A stretch of DNA of 64,000 bases from Octopus vulgaris (GCA_951406725.2 OX597843.1:434001-498000); one strand, 5' to 3'; numbered from the stretch's first letter, positions 1 to 13,229 are shown. The notes: generated from the letters alone by a model not told the origin. A program made the numbers and translations.

Positions 1-274
1 CGAGCCAAAGTATACTAAACAGGGCCACATGTGAATAGTAGTATATAACATAACATGTGGACTAGTAGAAAAAAAAACCATAGACAGTTATGCATAAGCA
101 TATTAATATTGGAAAAACGTAAATATATATATTTTTTTTTGTACACGAGGCCAAAAGGTGATAGGTAAGACTATATGAGAGAAAAGTTATGATATTAAAG
201 TAAAAACTGTACATACATGCCAAGAAAAAAACAAAGAGAACTTAACAAGGAAAAAAGGTCAATCAGTCAAGACC

Positions 275-657
275 AGTCATTTGACTGTGGCCATGCTGGA
301 GCACAATCTTTAGTCGAGACAATCGACCCCGGGACTTATTCTTTGTAAGCCTAGTACTTATTCTATCGGTCTCTTTTGCCGAACCGCTAAGTTACGGGGA
401 CGTAAACACACCAGCATCGGTTGTCAAGCAATGCTAGGGGGACAAACACAGACACACAAACACACACACACACGCATATATATATACATATATACGACAG
501 GCTTCTTTCAGTTTCCGTCTACCAAATCCACTCACAAGGCATTGGTCGGCCCGAGGCTATAGTAGAAGACACTTGCCCAAGGTGCCACACAGTGGGACTG
601 AACCCGGAACCATGTGATTGGTAAAGAAGCTACTTACCACACAGCCGCTCCTGCGCC
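275..657 (-). mobile_element. tRNA-derived SINE family A (CORE-like body, internal TA/TG microsatellite, GTAAAAGA tail)
   Basis: Reverse complement of the copy at 1247-1660: head GGCGCAGGAG, B-box GGTTCAGTCCC, ACCTTGGGCAAGTG core-like motif; about 20 full or partial copies in the window. Confidence 0.9.
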
Positions 658-769
658 TATGTATATGTATATTTTTTTTACACGAGGCCAAAAAGTGATA
701 GGTAAGACTATGCTAGAGAAAAGTTACGATATGAAAAGTAAAATTTGCTGCAGAAAGTGGTCTTTATTA

Positions 770-1085
770 AAGGCGTCAAGCTGGCAGAATCGTTAGCACA
801 CGGGGCAAAATGCTTAGTGGTATTTCGTCTGCTACTACGTTCTGAGTTCAAATTCCGCCAAAGTCAACTTTGCCTTTCATCCTTTCGGGGTCGATTAAAT
901 AAGTACCAGTTACACACTGGGGTCGATATAATCAACTTAATCCATTTGTCTGTCCTTGTTTGTCCTCTCTGTGTTTAGCCCCTTGTAGGTAGTAAAGAAA
1001 TAGGTATTTCATCTGCCGCTACGTTCTGAGTTCGAATTCCACCGAGGTCGACTTTGCCTTTCATCCTTTCGGGATCAATTAAATA
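770..1085 (+). mobile_element. SINE family B (Meta-domain-like central region) with partial tandem duplication
   Basis: GCTGGCAGAATCGTTAGCA head, GAGTTCAAATTCC B-box-like motif, central CTTTCATCCTTTCGGGGTCGAT..AAGTACCAGTT; recurs near 2990, 19076, 19908, 25050, 33872, 34490(-), 48035. Confidence 0.8.
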
Positions 1086-1246
1086 AGAAAGCGGTCTATA
1101 TTTGTGGTGGGGAGGGGGTCACTAGAAATGTGGCCTGGGTGCCAAGGGGGCAGCAGCCTGAAAAAGTTTGGGAACTACTGCTCTAGAGGAATGGATAGAT
1201 TAACAGAACAACAGAAAGCCAGAAAAAAAAATTACATATATATATA

Positions 1247-1660
1247 GGCGCAGGAGAGGCTGTGTGGTAAGTAGCTTGTTTACCAACCACATGGTTCCGG
1301 GTTCAGTCCCACTGCGTGGCACCTTGGGCAAGTGTCTTCTGCTATAGCCCCGGGCCAACCAATGCCTTGTGAGTGGATTTGGTAGATGGAAACTGAAAGA
1401 AGCCTGTCGTATATATGTATATATATATATATGTGTGTATGTGTATGTGTTTGTGTGTCTGTGTTTGCCCACCCAACGTTGCTTGACAACCGATGCTGGT
1501 GTGTTTACGTCCCCGTCACTTAGCGGTTCGGCAAAAGAGACCGATAGAATAAGTACTGGGCTTACAAAGAATAAGTCTTGGGGTCGATTTGCTCGACTAA
1601 AGGTGGTGCTCCAGCATGGCAACAGTCAAATGACTGAAACAAGTAAAAGAGTAAAAGAGT
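1247..1660 (+). mobile_element. tRNA-derived SINE family A, full length
   Basis: GGCTGTGTGG A-box-like, GGTTCAGTCCC B-box, internal (TA)/(TG) tract, 3' GCTCCAGCATGGC..GACTGAAACAAGTAAAAGAGTAAAAGAG. Confidence 0.92.
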
Positions 1661-1675
1661 ATATATATGTATAGA

Positions 1676-1984
1676 CACGTAAAAGCACCATCCGTTCGTG
1701 GCCGTTGTGCCAGCTCTGTCTGGCACCTGTGCAGGTGGCACGTAAAAAGCACCATCTGACCGTGGCCATTTGCCAGTCCCGTCTGGCAACTGTGCAGGTG
1801 GCACGTAAAAAACACCCACTACACTCGCGGAGTGGTTGGCGTTAGGAAGGGCATCCAGCCGTAGAAACACTGCCAAATCTGACTGGGCCTGATGAAGCCT
1901 TCCAGCTTCACAGACCCCAGTTAAACCGTCCAACCCATGCTAGCATGGAAAACGGATGCTAAATGATGATGATGATGATGATGA

Positions 1985-1988
<4 letters not shown>
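1676..1988 (+). mobile_element. SINE-like family C, 3' part with (GAT)n tail
   Basis: GGCGTTAGGAAGGGCATCCAGC..CCAACCCATGCTAGCATGGAAAACGGA followed by (GAT)n; related copies near 5047, 7980, 9860, 10100, 19410, 24468. Confidence 0.8.
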
Positions 1989-2025
<37 letters not shown>

Positions 2026-2117
2026 TATATTAATTATATTTATATTATTTGTTATTTATGCATTGGTTTATGTCAATCACTGTTTGAATTGCCTAATAGT
2101 GGTTTTATCTCTAATTC

Positions 2118-2159
<42 letters not shown>

Positions 2160-2618
2160 GAGAGAGAAAGAGTAAGACCCAGTTATACACAAGGTGAACA
2201 GTATGTTTTTTGAAGTGGATCACAATATTTCTTTTTGAGGTTATGATGACATTTGCTTATTTCAAAGAATATGGTGTGCGTATTGATCACGAGTTTTTCA
2301 CAATCATGCTATCTAAATCTATTTCATCTTTTTTCTCTTATGATATTTTCACCCATCAGATATTCTTTTGATCGTTATTGTTATTATTATTGTTATTATT
2401 AAGACGGTAAGCTTGCAGAATCAAATCGAGAACAGGGGGTCATGGTCCTCAACTACCATTCTCCCCTAAAAATTTACTGACCCCGTGCCCAAAATTTCAA
2501 ACAACCATTATTATACTAGTAATATACTTAGTGGCATTTTGTTTGTCTTTTCATTCTGGGTTCAAATTCTGCCAAGGTCGACTTTGCCTTTCATCCTTTC
2601 GAGGTCAATAAATTAAGT

Positions 2619-2947
2619 ACCAGTTAGAATTTTCTTCAGGTTCAGTGGCCCATCTTGCTCAAAACGTTTCTGAATAAGGGTTGTTTAAGGATGTTGAACA
2701 GAACCACCCATGTTTCCAGAGGTGAATTATCCAAACCCCAAAGAATTCCTTTCAACACATGGCTATGATGCTCCTCAACTACTTCTGCTCGTGATCAGAG
2801 ATGCACATATCGTCAGCCACTAAGGGACATGCTCAACTGGTTAAGGTCAAACAACTGACAAGCAAATCTGTGGTATTGAGCAGAATATTTGCTGTAGCCC
2901 ATCTTTTACACCAAGACAAAACAATGTACATGATAACACTTCCAATA
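2619..2947. mobile_element. Partial copy of the (ATT)n-embedded interspersed element G
   Basis: Closely similar to about 18680-18988 (CTGAATAAGGGTTGTTTAAGGATGTTGAAC..ATGATAACACTTCCAAT). Confidence 0.75.
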
Positions 2948-3207
2948 AGTCGTCGTCGTCATTATTATTATTATTATTATTATTATTACAGAGACAGTAA
3001 GCTGGCAGAATCATTAGCATGCCGGGCAAAATGCTAAGTGGTATTTCATCTGGTACTATGTTCTGAGTTCAAATTCTGCCGAGGATGACTTTGCTTTCAT
3101 CCTTTCGGGGTCAATAAAATAAGTATCAGTTGACCACCAGGGTGGAGTCGATCAAATCAACTCATCCCCTCCCCCAAAATTGTTGCCTTTGTGGCAAAAT
3201 TTGCAAC

Positions 3208-3240
<33 letters not shown>

Positions 3241-3289
3241 CATTATTATTATTATTAAGTCAGTGATCAAGCAGAATTATTAGCACATA

Positions 3290-3676
3290 GGCGCAGGAGT
3301 GGCTGTGTGGTAAGTAGCTTGCTAACCAACCACATGGTTCTGGGTTCAGTCCCACTGCGTGGCATCTTGGGCAAGTGTCTTCTGCTATAGCTCTGGGCCG
3401 ACCAATGCTTGTGAGTGGATTTGGTAGACGGAAACTGAAAGAAGCCTATCGTATATATGTATATATATGTATATATGTGTGTGTGTGTGTTTGTCCCCCT
3501 AGCATTGCTTGACAACCAATGCTGGTGTGTTTACGTCCCCGTCACTTAGCGGTTTGGCAAAAGAGGCCGATAGAATAAGTACTGGGCTTACAAAGAATAA
3601 GTACCGGGGTCGATTTGCTCGACTAAAGGCGGTGCTCCAGTATGGCTGCAGTCAAATGACTGAAACAAGTAAAAAA
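3290..3676 (+). mobile_element. SINE family A, full length
   Basis: Same head, body and tail as 1247-1660. Confidence 0.9.
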
Positions 3677-3884
3677 AAATGTCAAAGACAATTCTAAGCA
3701 CCATTTCTCCTGGTTCTCTATGCTCAGAGTTCAAATTCCATTGAGGTCAACTTCACTGTTTATCCTTTCAAGGGTGAAAAACCAAGTTCCACTTCAACAC
3801 AGGAGTCAATGTAACCGTCTATTGCAGCATCCCCAAAACTGCTGGCTTTGTGCCAAAATTTGACACTTCTGTGATCATTGGTCA

Positions 3885-4300
3885 ACTAGGTTTAGGTCTA
3901 ACCTAGGGCTAACAACAGCTACATGGCAGGATACAGTCCTAGATATATTCATGCCTGAGTAACAGGTAGGAAGGTTACAGGGGGAACATCTTGGACTATA
4001 GATCCGTTGGATCAGAAATCTGCATTTACACAACAAAGAAGGTCACATTAGATGATATAGTCCTAGATACACTATGTTTGAACTACAGACAAGATAGCCA
4101 TGGTTGAAACACCTTCCATCATAAATCAACTGTATGAGGGGTATAAATACGGACCTCGTGACATACAACAATAAAGGAGGAGACATGAGATAATATAGTC
4201 CTAGATACACTATGCCGGCATTAAATAGATGATCACAGCTGGAGCACTGTTGATCATAGGTCTACTGGATCGGAACAGACCCGTGGCCAAAGAACAACTA
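3885..4300. repeat. Degenerate tandem ~120-bp repeat family J
   Basis: Repeated AGTCCTAGATACACTATG..CAGCTGGA..GATCATAGGTC units; related units at 40200-40740, 44050-44240, 45460-46110. Confidence 0.6.
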
Positions 4301-4940
4301 TAGGTATTCTGTTTTTCTCTGTCTTTTTTCTCACCCCCTCCACCCCACCGCTCAACCAAACTTTCAGTCTATCTACCTATCTACCTTCCTCTCTTTCTTT
4401 CTTTCTCTCTCTCTCTTTCTTTCTCTCTCTCTTTCTTCCTCTCTCTCTCTTTCTTTCTTTCTTTCAGATATAAGAGTTATATTAATTCTATATCTGAGAA
4501 TACAAAGGAATTTATTTTTGGAAAACTCGGTGGTGGTGGGGGATAAGTAGGAGGGAGGGGGGCTCATGGGGAAGATTGTGCGGGTGGGGGTGAGGGGTAA
4601 GAGTGGGGGTGCCGACTGAGATATAGGCATTATCATTGTTCTCCAGATCACTGATCAACAATTACCATATATGGGCATGTGAAAAAGAAAGACAAAGAGA
4701 GAGAGAGAGAGAGAGAGAGAAAGAGGGGAGAGACAGAGATTGTTAAATCTTTCACAATGCCTGTTTAGCAACGGAAAAATGTGGCGATGTGGTTGGCGTG
4801 GTTGGCAGGACGGCTCATCTGATTTCCAGATTCCATCTGTATATGTATATCTGTCTGCTTCTGATAATCTGCATGTGTCTCTCCCTCTATCATATGCGCA
4901 TATATACATACATATATATATATACATGTATATATATGTG

Positions 4941-4990
<50 letters not shown>

Positions 4991-5046
4991 CACAGATACC
5001 TATACATATATACATTCATAAATACACACACAAATATGTTTACATA

Positions 5047-5690
5047 TCATCATCATCATCATCATCATCATTTAGCGTCCGTTTTCCATGCTAGCATGGG
5101 TTGGACGGTTCTGCTGGGGTCTGTGAAGCCAGAAGGCTTCATCAGGCCCAGTCAAATCTGGCAGTGTTTCTACGGCTGGATGCCCTTCCTAACGCCAACC
5201 ACTCCGTGAGTGTAGTGGGTGCTTTTTACGTGCCACCCGCACTGGTGCCAGCCAGAGCAGGCAAACGGCCACGAACGGATGGTGTTTTTTATGTGCCACC
5301 GGCACGAGGGCCAGGCGAGGCTGGCAACGAACACGAAACGGGGCGGTGCTGGCAACGGTCGCGAAACGGAAGGTTCTCTTACATGCCACCGGCACTGGTA
5401 ACACATCTGCAATTTCCATTGATCGATTTCCATTGATCGATTTCGATTCTGATCCTCACTTGCCTCAATGGGTCTTCACAAGCAGAGTTTCGACATGCCA
5501 CCGGCACTGGTAGCACATCCGCAATTTCCATTGATCGATTTCGATTCTGATCCTCACTTGCCTCAACACGTCTTCACAAGTAGAGTTTTGTGTCCCAAGA
5601 AGGGAAGGTATGCATACGTAGGCTGGCTCCATCCCATGTAGAAGGCCACGGGTTGTGGACTCACTTGTCCTGCCGGGTCTTCTCGCGCAT
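5047..5690 (-). mobile_element. SINE-like family C, longest copy, with internal minisatellite and ~100-bp duplication
   Basis: (CAT)n at the left end is the (GAT)n tail; internal TTTTTACGTGCCACC repeats; duplicated GCAATTTCCATTGATCGATTTCGATTCTGATCCTCACTTGCCTCAA block. Confidence 0.75.
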
Positions 5691-5739
5691 ACACAAACAC
5701 ACATATATACATACATGTGTATATATCTATATATATGTA

Positions 5740-5780
<41 letters not shown>

Positions 5781-6344
5781 CTATCTGTCTATCTATATAT
5801 ATATTTCTATATATATATATATATAGATAGATAGATAAATAGATAGAAATATATATATATATAGATAGATAGACAGATAGATGGAAATATATATATACAC
5901 ACACATACATACACATACATAAACATATTTATTTTAGTCTTTTTATTTGTTTCAGTCAAATGTAGAACGGCCATGCTGGGGCACTACATCGGAAGGGTCA
6001 GTTAGACAAATCTACCTCCCACTACATATCTTTTGTCGGCTACTTATTTTACTGGTCACCTTCACTGACACCTAAGACGCAAACAAACCAACACCGGTGG
6101 ACAAATGACAAGGAAGTGGTCAAATACGAATACACGGATGTGCATGTGCACACACATGAACACACACACACACACGCATACATGCATCGGGCTTCACTTT
6201 TTTTCCATTTGCCAAATTCATTCACAAGTATCTTGGTGGCCGAAGGTTAAACAACTGAAGAAACTTGTCCAAGGTACCATACGTTGGAACTGAACCTGAG
6301 ACCATGGGATTACAAAGCAGAGTTCTGAGCCAAATAGCCATGCC

Positions 6345-6428
6345 TACCTGCATACACACACACACACACGTGTGAGTGTGTATGTGTACATATATGTATG
6401 TATTCATATATATGTGTGTGTGTGTATG

Positions 6429-6506
<78 letters not shown>

Positions 6507-6736
6507 ATCTATATACACATATATATATGTGTATGTATATACATATATATATATTCATATATATATGTATGCATATATACATATACATATGTATACATAC
6601 ATATATGTATGCATATATACATACATATATGTATGCATATATACATACATATATGTATGCATATATACATATATATGCATATATGCATGTATACATACAT
6701 ATATATATATATACATATATATGCATATATGCATGT

Positions 6737-6777
<41 letters not shown>

Positions 6778-6923
6778 TCTATACTTACATATATATATGC
6801 ATGTATACATACAAACATACATATACATATATAATATATATACACACACACACACACACACAAATATAATATATATTTATGTATACAAATATTTATATAA
6901 ACATAGACACAGATATTTACATA

Positions 6924-7008
<85 letters not shown>

Positions 7009-7628
7009 ATGAGCATCACAGAACCTCCCAACCACACTTTTATAAACTCTATATTGCACCAAACTCTAGAAAAAAAGAACAAGAACTAAAAATGCAATCA
7101 AAGATCAAAACAAAAAAAAAATCAATTATTAATTTAAATTTCAGATTTTGTTTGTTTTTTTTTTTCTCATAATTTGAATATTTTTCTTGATATCTTTTTC
7201 AGTTTTTTTTTTTCTTTTAACTTTTACATTCTTTTGTTTGCTTGTCCGTCTGTCCGTCTGTCTGTCTGTCTGTGTTTTGCTTTATTTTGCATTTTTTTTG
7301 TATGTTTCCGTTTCGCGGCCAGTGGTGGTGGTGGTGGGGTGTTGTTGGTTTGTTCCATTAAATAATGGTAAGCAGGTTCATTTAAATAATTATGAAATGG
7401 TCTAGTGACCATCAACACCTCCCCCCACGCACACACCTACATTCATATATATAACACACACACATATACTTACATATATATATACATACACATGCAAACA
7501 CACACATATATATATATACATACACACATATATATACACATAGTATTTATATATATATATATATATAGAGAGAGAGATATACATACACACACACACACAC
7601 ATATATATACACATATTTATATATATAT

Positions 7629-7664
<36 letters not shown>

Positions 7665-7784
7665 ACACACGCATATATATACACATACATATTTATATAT
7701 ATATATATATATATATACATACATATATATATACACATACATATATATACACACATACATATATACACACATACATATATATAT

Positions 7785-7825
<41 letters not shown>

Positions 7826-7930
7826 CGTATATATACATACATATGTATGTATACATATATATACACACACACACACATATACATATATACATACACATAC
7901 ATATATTTATACATACACATACATACATAT
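6345..7930. repeat. Compound (TA)n/(TACA)n/(CA)n microsatellite fields
   Basis: Direct reading; interrupted by U/A-rich unique sequence at about 7010-7420. Confidence 0.9.
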
Positions 7931-8439
7931 ATACATACATATGTATATATACATACATATTAGTAAATGGTGGGGTTGTCATCATCATTATCATCATTTA
8001 ACATCCATTTTTCTATACTGTCATGGGTTGGATAGTTTGATGAGAGCTGGGAAGCTGAGGGTCTGCACTAGGCTCTAGTCTGATCTGGCATGGTTTGTAT
8101 GGCTGGATGCCCTTCCTAAAGCCAACCACTTTACAGAGTGTAACAAGTGCTTTTAACGTGGCACTGGCCTGAACACTCCCATGTGGCACCAGCACAAGTG
8201 CTTTTCACATGGCACCAGCACAGGACCCTCGCAGGATAATCCTCTTCACAAAGGGATGTGGCCTTAACACTTCTAGAAATATACGTGTATGTCTGTTTGT
8301 CTGTCTATATATATATCTTTCATTATTTCTGTATTAAGTGGTTAGCATTAAGGCAGGGCATCCAGCCATAGAAACCAAGCCAAAACGGACTGTGGAACCT
8401 GGTACAATTCTTGCCCTTGCCACCATGCACATATAGAGC

Positions 8440-8600
8440 AAAAAGAAAATATGAAGTCAAAGTAAAGGAACAAACAAATAGAGTGTATTAGGTAAATGAT
8501 CAGGACAATCAGGTGTCTTTAATATTTCAAGCATATGCTCTTCATCAGAATATATAGATGAGGAGAGAAAAAAAAGAGACAGAAAAGACCAAATGTGTCT
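8440..8600 (-). mobile_element. Family H short element carrying a minimal type I hammerhead-ribozyme motif
   Basis: Minus strand 8517-8550 reads TT-CTGATGA-A-GAGC-ATAT-GCTT-GAAA-TATT-AAAG; flanks are homologous to the 52.7-54.1 kb repeat unit. Confidence 0.65.
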
Positions 8601-8648
8601 CAATTAGACAGTCATCACTGAATATATACATACACACACACACACACA

Positions 8649-8707
<59 letters not shown>

Positions 8708-8709
<2 letters not shown>

Positions 8710-8999
8710 CACGTGATCATGTGACTGACCAGATCATCAGATGTTGTTACACATCACTGGTCACAATGTGTTCACATTGTTTTAGCCTTCGAACAACACC
8801 ACCCCGCTGGCTAAGCGAGCAGGCCAACAGAAGAAAGAGAGAAAGAGTGATGAAAGAGTACCGCAGGGATCACCACCCCCTGGTGGAGCCTCGTGGAGCT
8901 TTTAGGTGTTTTCGCTCAATAAACACACACAACGCCCGGTCTAGGAATCGAAACCGTGATCCTACAACTGCGAGGCCGCTGCCCTAACCACTGGGCCAT
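8708..8999 (-). mobile_element. tRNA-derived SINE family D
   Basis: Minus-strand head TGGCCCAGTGGTTAGGGC (A box) and GGTTTCGATTCC (B box); 3' end ATCACGTGA into (TA)n; second copy at 26746-27051. Confidence 0.85.
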
Positions 9000-9350
9000 A
9001 TATATATATATGATATTGGAAGCATTATTAGTTCAAGGTGGTATTCTGTATATCTTATTTAACCAATAAAACTCAAACATCTCATTTTGGGGGGGGCAGA
9101 GAATTTAAATTTAAGATAAACGATAATATAAAAACTTCCTTGCTTCTTTTTGTTACACAAAATAAAAATAATCAATAGAACAGGAGAAATATAATGAAAG
9201 GGCCCTTTGAGGAGGTAAGGAAATGTAAAAATCTATAAATGATATTCACAGTTGAAGTATGGCCTTTAATAGGTTAATGTGAAAATACTGCAGAGAGCCA
9301 CAAAACAGTGGTATTCGTCTCAAGCCAGCATCTCACATATAGATATATAT

Positions 9351-9560
9351 AACTTATAAATAAGGGAAAACGAAAAAATTTCTAATGCCAAATATGCCGA
9401 AAATTGGACATATTGTCCAAATGGAATTTTTTAGAAATTTCTGTCGGCTTTTTTTCGAGTAGCGTGCGTATTGTGATAAATTATATGGTAATGGACAATA
9501 TATCCAATTTTTGGCATATTTGGCATTAGAAATATTTTCGTTTGCCCTTATTTATAAGTT
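9351..9560. repeat. 69-bp inverted repeat (fold-back element)
   Basis: 9351-9419 matches the reverse complement of 9492-9560 with 4 mismatches by manual alignment. Confidence 0.85.
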
Positions 9561-9643
9561 GTTTATAATTTTAACCTTTAAAGGTATTTTTTAATATGCT
9601 GGCCATTGATAAAATATTTTTCGAAAAAAATTTTATCCTACAT

Positions 9644-9696
<53 letters not shown>

Positions 9697-9859
9697 CTAA
9701 ATAGCACAAAAGTATTTCAGTAACAAATGAAAATGCATCTAGTAGTGACAGTAGAATTGGTGGATCTATATTTCTGCTTCCTTGAGTGTCATCAGTGGCA
9801 AGCCTCCCACAAAGAACAGCATGCTAAGACAAATTTAGCCACTAATGTACAGAAGAACA

Positions 9860-10447
9860 TCATCATCATCATCATCATCATCATAGTTTAACGTCTGCTT
9901 TCCATGCTAGAATGGGTTGGATGGTTTCACTGAGGTCTGGCGAACCAGATGGCTGCACTAGGCTCCAATCTTGATCTGGCAGAATTTCTACAGCTGGATG
10001 CCCTTCCTAACGTCAACCACTCCGAGAGTATAATGGGTGCTTTTTACATGCCACCGGCATGGAAGCCAGTCAAGGACGGAAGCCAGATATATATATATGT
10101 CATCATCGTTTAACGTCCACTTTCCATGCTAGCATGGGTTGGACGGTTCAACTGGGGTCTGGCAAGCCCGAAGGCTGCACCAGGCCAGTCAGATCTGGCA
10201 GTGTTTCTACAGCTGGATTCCCTTCCTAACGCCAACCACTCCGAGAGTGTAGTGGGTAATTTTATGTGCCACCGACACAGGTGCCAGACGAGGCTGGCAG
10301 ACGGCCACGCTTGGATGGTGTTTTTTATGTGCCACCGAGACAGGTGCCAGACGAGGATGGCTGACGGCCACGCTCGGATGGTGTTTTCTTATGTGTCACC
10401 GACACAGGTGCCAGACGAGGCTGGCGGACGGCCATGCTCGGATGGTG
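9860..10447 (-). mobile_element. Two adjacent family C copies
   Basis: Each starts with (CAT)n and GTTTAACGTC..TTCCATGCTAG; the second has three internal CAGGTGCCAGACGAGG repeats. Confidence 0.8.
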
Positions 10448-10481
<34 letters not shown>

Positions 10482-10665
10482 TACATACATAGCCCATAGT
10501 ATATATATATATATACTATGGGCTTCTTTCAGTTTCCATCTACCAAATCCACTAACAAACTTCTGGTTGGCCTGAGACAACTTGCTAATGATGCCACACA
10601 GTAGGACTCAACCTGGAACCATGTGGTTGGAAAGCAAGCTTCTTACCACACAGCCACACCTGCAC

Positions 10666-10697
<32 letters not shown>

Positions 10698-11354
10698 TGA
10701 ATCTCATGTCACACAATCTATTCTACTATGACCACCACAGAATCCAAATGAGACACACGGTCAGTTAAATGAACCCCATTACGCAACTGGTATATGTTAT
10801 ATTGGCCCCTGGAAAATAAAAGGCAAGAGCAACTTCAGCAGGATTTGAACTCAGAACAGACGTAAGACAGTAAGGAGGGAGGTTGTGTGAGGTTAAGGCT
10901 GAGTGCTTATTTTTAATACTTTAATGCAAAGCTGCATTAATGTTGTATGATGTAGATTAGTAGAGATTAGGGTGGATTATTCAAAATTTCACCGGGGATA
11001 TTTGCATAATGTGTGTGTGTGTATATGTGAGATAATGGTGTGTATAAGGTATGTTTATGTGTATGTGTGTGCATTTGTGTCTGTATATATATATATATAT
11101 ATATATAAATGTACATACATATACATTAATACACACAGTCATACACATATTCACACACATGCAAGTATTCATATATATGTATGTATGTATACATATATAC
11201 CTACATGTATGTATAAATGTATTCATATTTATACATATATATATATATATTTATATACATGCATGCATATATGTATACATACATGTATGTATACATGCAT
11301 ACATACATGCATATATGTATACGTACATACAGACATACATGTATAGATACATAT

Positions 11355-11389
<35 letters not shown>

Positions 11390-11536
11390 CATACATAAAT
11401 ACATTTATATATCTACATATATATACATACATACATATATATACATACATACATACATATATATACATAGATACATATACATACATACGTATATACATAT
11501 ATACATACATACGTATATACATATATACATACATAC

Positions 11537-11577
<41 letters not shown>

Positions 11578-11933
11578 CATAGATACATATATATACATAC
11601 ATACATATATATACATACATTATATATATGTATATTATATATACATACACACACACACATATAAACATTTATATATCTATATAAATATATATTTATATAT
11701 ATTCATGTGCACACACACATACACACATACACACATATTTCTAATATTTCTATATTTAGTTATATATAGAAACACACACATTCAAATATATATATATATG
11801 TACTTGTCCATACACACATATTCACACACACACACACACACACAAACACACACATATGTATATATATACACACTTATTTACTAACACATACTCCAACACA
11901 CAAACGCACACTGCGCAAACATAACTCATCAAC

Positions 11934-11964
<31 letters not shown>

Positions 11965-12074
11965 TTTAATGTATATTTAATACAAAACAAACAAGAGATG
12001 TGTGATGCATTATGATGTGGAAGCTGGGTGTGGAATATGAATTCGGATGGTTCTAATGAATATATTTGTCTAAT

Positions 12075-12802
12075 TTGTAATAATAATAATAATAATAATA
12101 ATTATAATTATTATTATTGTTGTTGTTATTATTATCATTGTTGTTGTTATTATTATTATTAATATTGTTGTTGTTGTTATTATTATTATTATTATTATTG
12201 TTATTGTTATTATTATTATTATTATTGTTATTGTTATTATTATTATTATTATTTTGATGTTGTTGTTATTTCCATTGCTAACAATGTCTGTCTTCGTATT
12301 GTTACTACCGCCCTCCTCCATCTCCCACACAGCGGATGTAAGAAAACTTCGTCGTCGTCGGCGGCGTCATCGTTATCATCATTAATAACATCGATATCAT
12401 CATCACCATTATCATCATCACCATCATCATCACCATAACCATCATCATCATCACAAAGATCATCATTAATACCATCATCATCATCATCATTAATATCATC
12501 ATTCTCATTATCACCAGTCATCATCATCATCATCATCATAACCATCATCACCATCATCATCACCATTATCATCATCACCATCATCATCACCATAACCATC
12601 ATCATCATCATCACAAAGATCATCATTAATACCATCATCATCATCATCATTAATATCATCATTCTCATTATCACCATCATCATTATCATCATCTTATTAT
12701 CCTTATCGTCATCATCATCATCATTATTGTCATTGTTAATATCATCATCATGATCGTTATTATCATCATCATCATCGTCACCATTATCATTATTATTATT
12801 AT

Positions 12803-12836
<34 letters not shown>

Positions 12837-12910
12837 GGTAGTAGTAGTGGTGGTGGTGGTAGTAGTTGTAGTAGTAGTAGTAGTAGTAGTGGTTGTAGTA
12901 GTAGTAGTAC
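12075..12910. repeat. Trinucleotide low-complexity field (AAT/ATT/GTT/CAT/AGT)
   Basis: Direct reading. Confidence 0.9.
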
Positions 12911-13084
12911 ATGCACTTATACAGATGTCAACATAACACTATGTCCCCCCAACTCACAAGGTCTGGGTCAGTCTGAGATACTTGCCCAAGGTGCCACACA
13001 GTGGGACTGAACCTGGAACCATGTGGTTGGGAAGCAAGCTTCTTACCACACAGCCACTCCTACATACACACATATATTTGGTTG

Positions 13085-13225
13085 AAATTTATAGAAAAAC
13101 AAAGACAGGTGTGTGAACAACAAGCAAGTGTATTAGTTTGATGCTCAGGAAAATAAAAAAAAAGTGCTTTATGTTTCAAGCCTATGCTCTGCAGCGGAAA
13201 GTAATAAAATAAAATATACAGAGAA
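13085..13225 (-). mobile_element. Family H element with degenerate hammerhead motif
   Basis: Minus strand CTTT-CCGCTGC-A-GAGC-ATAG-GCTT-GAAA-CATA-AAG at about 13167-13201; shares AAGACAGGTG..TGTATTAGT with the array unit. Confidence 0.6.
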
Positions 13226-13229
13226 TATA

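Noticed and set aside
4770-4845. Minus-strand peptide [12 protein letters not shown] after an AG, resembling the end of a Sushi/CCP module
   Set aside because: Only about 12 residues, no pyrimidine tract or clear donor site, and no other matching exons seen.
8930-8999. tRNA gene calls at SINE heads (also 27000-27051, 50215-50290 and family A heads)
   Set aside because: A/B boxes are present but run into multi-copy SINE bodies, and no complete cloverleaf was evident.
9765-9800. CTGATGA..GAAA on the minus strand
   Set aside because: Stem II pairs only if CpG decay is assumed, and no stem I partner is present.
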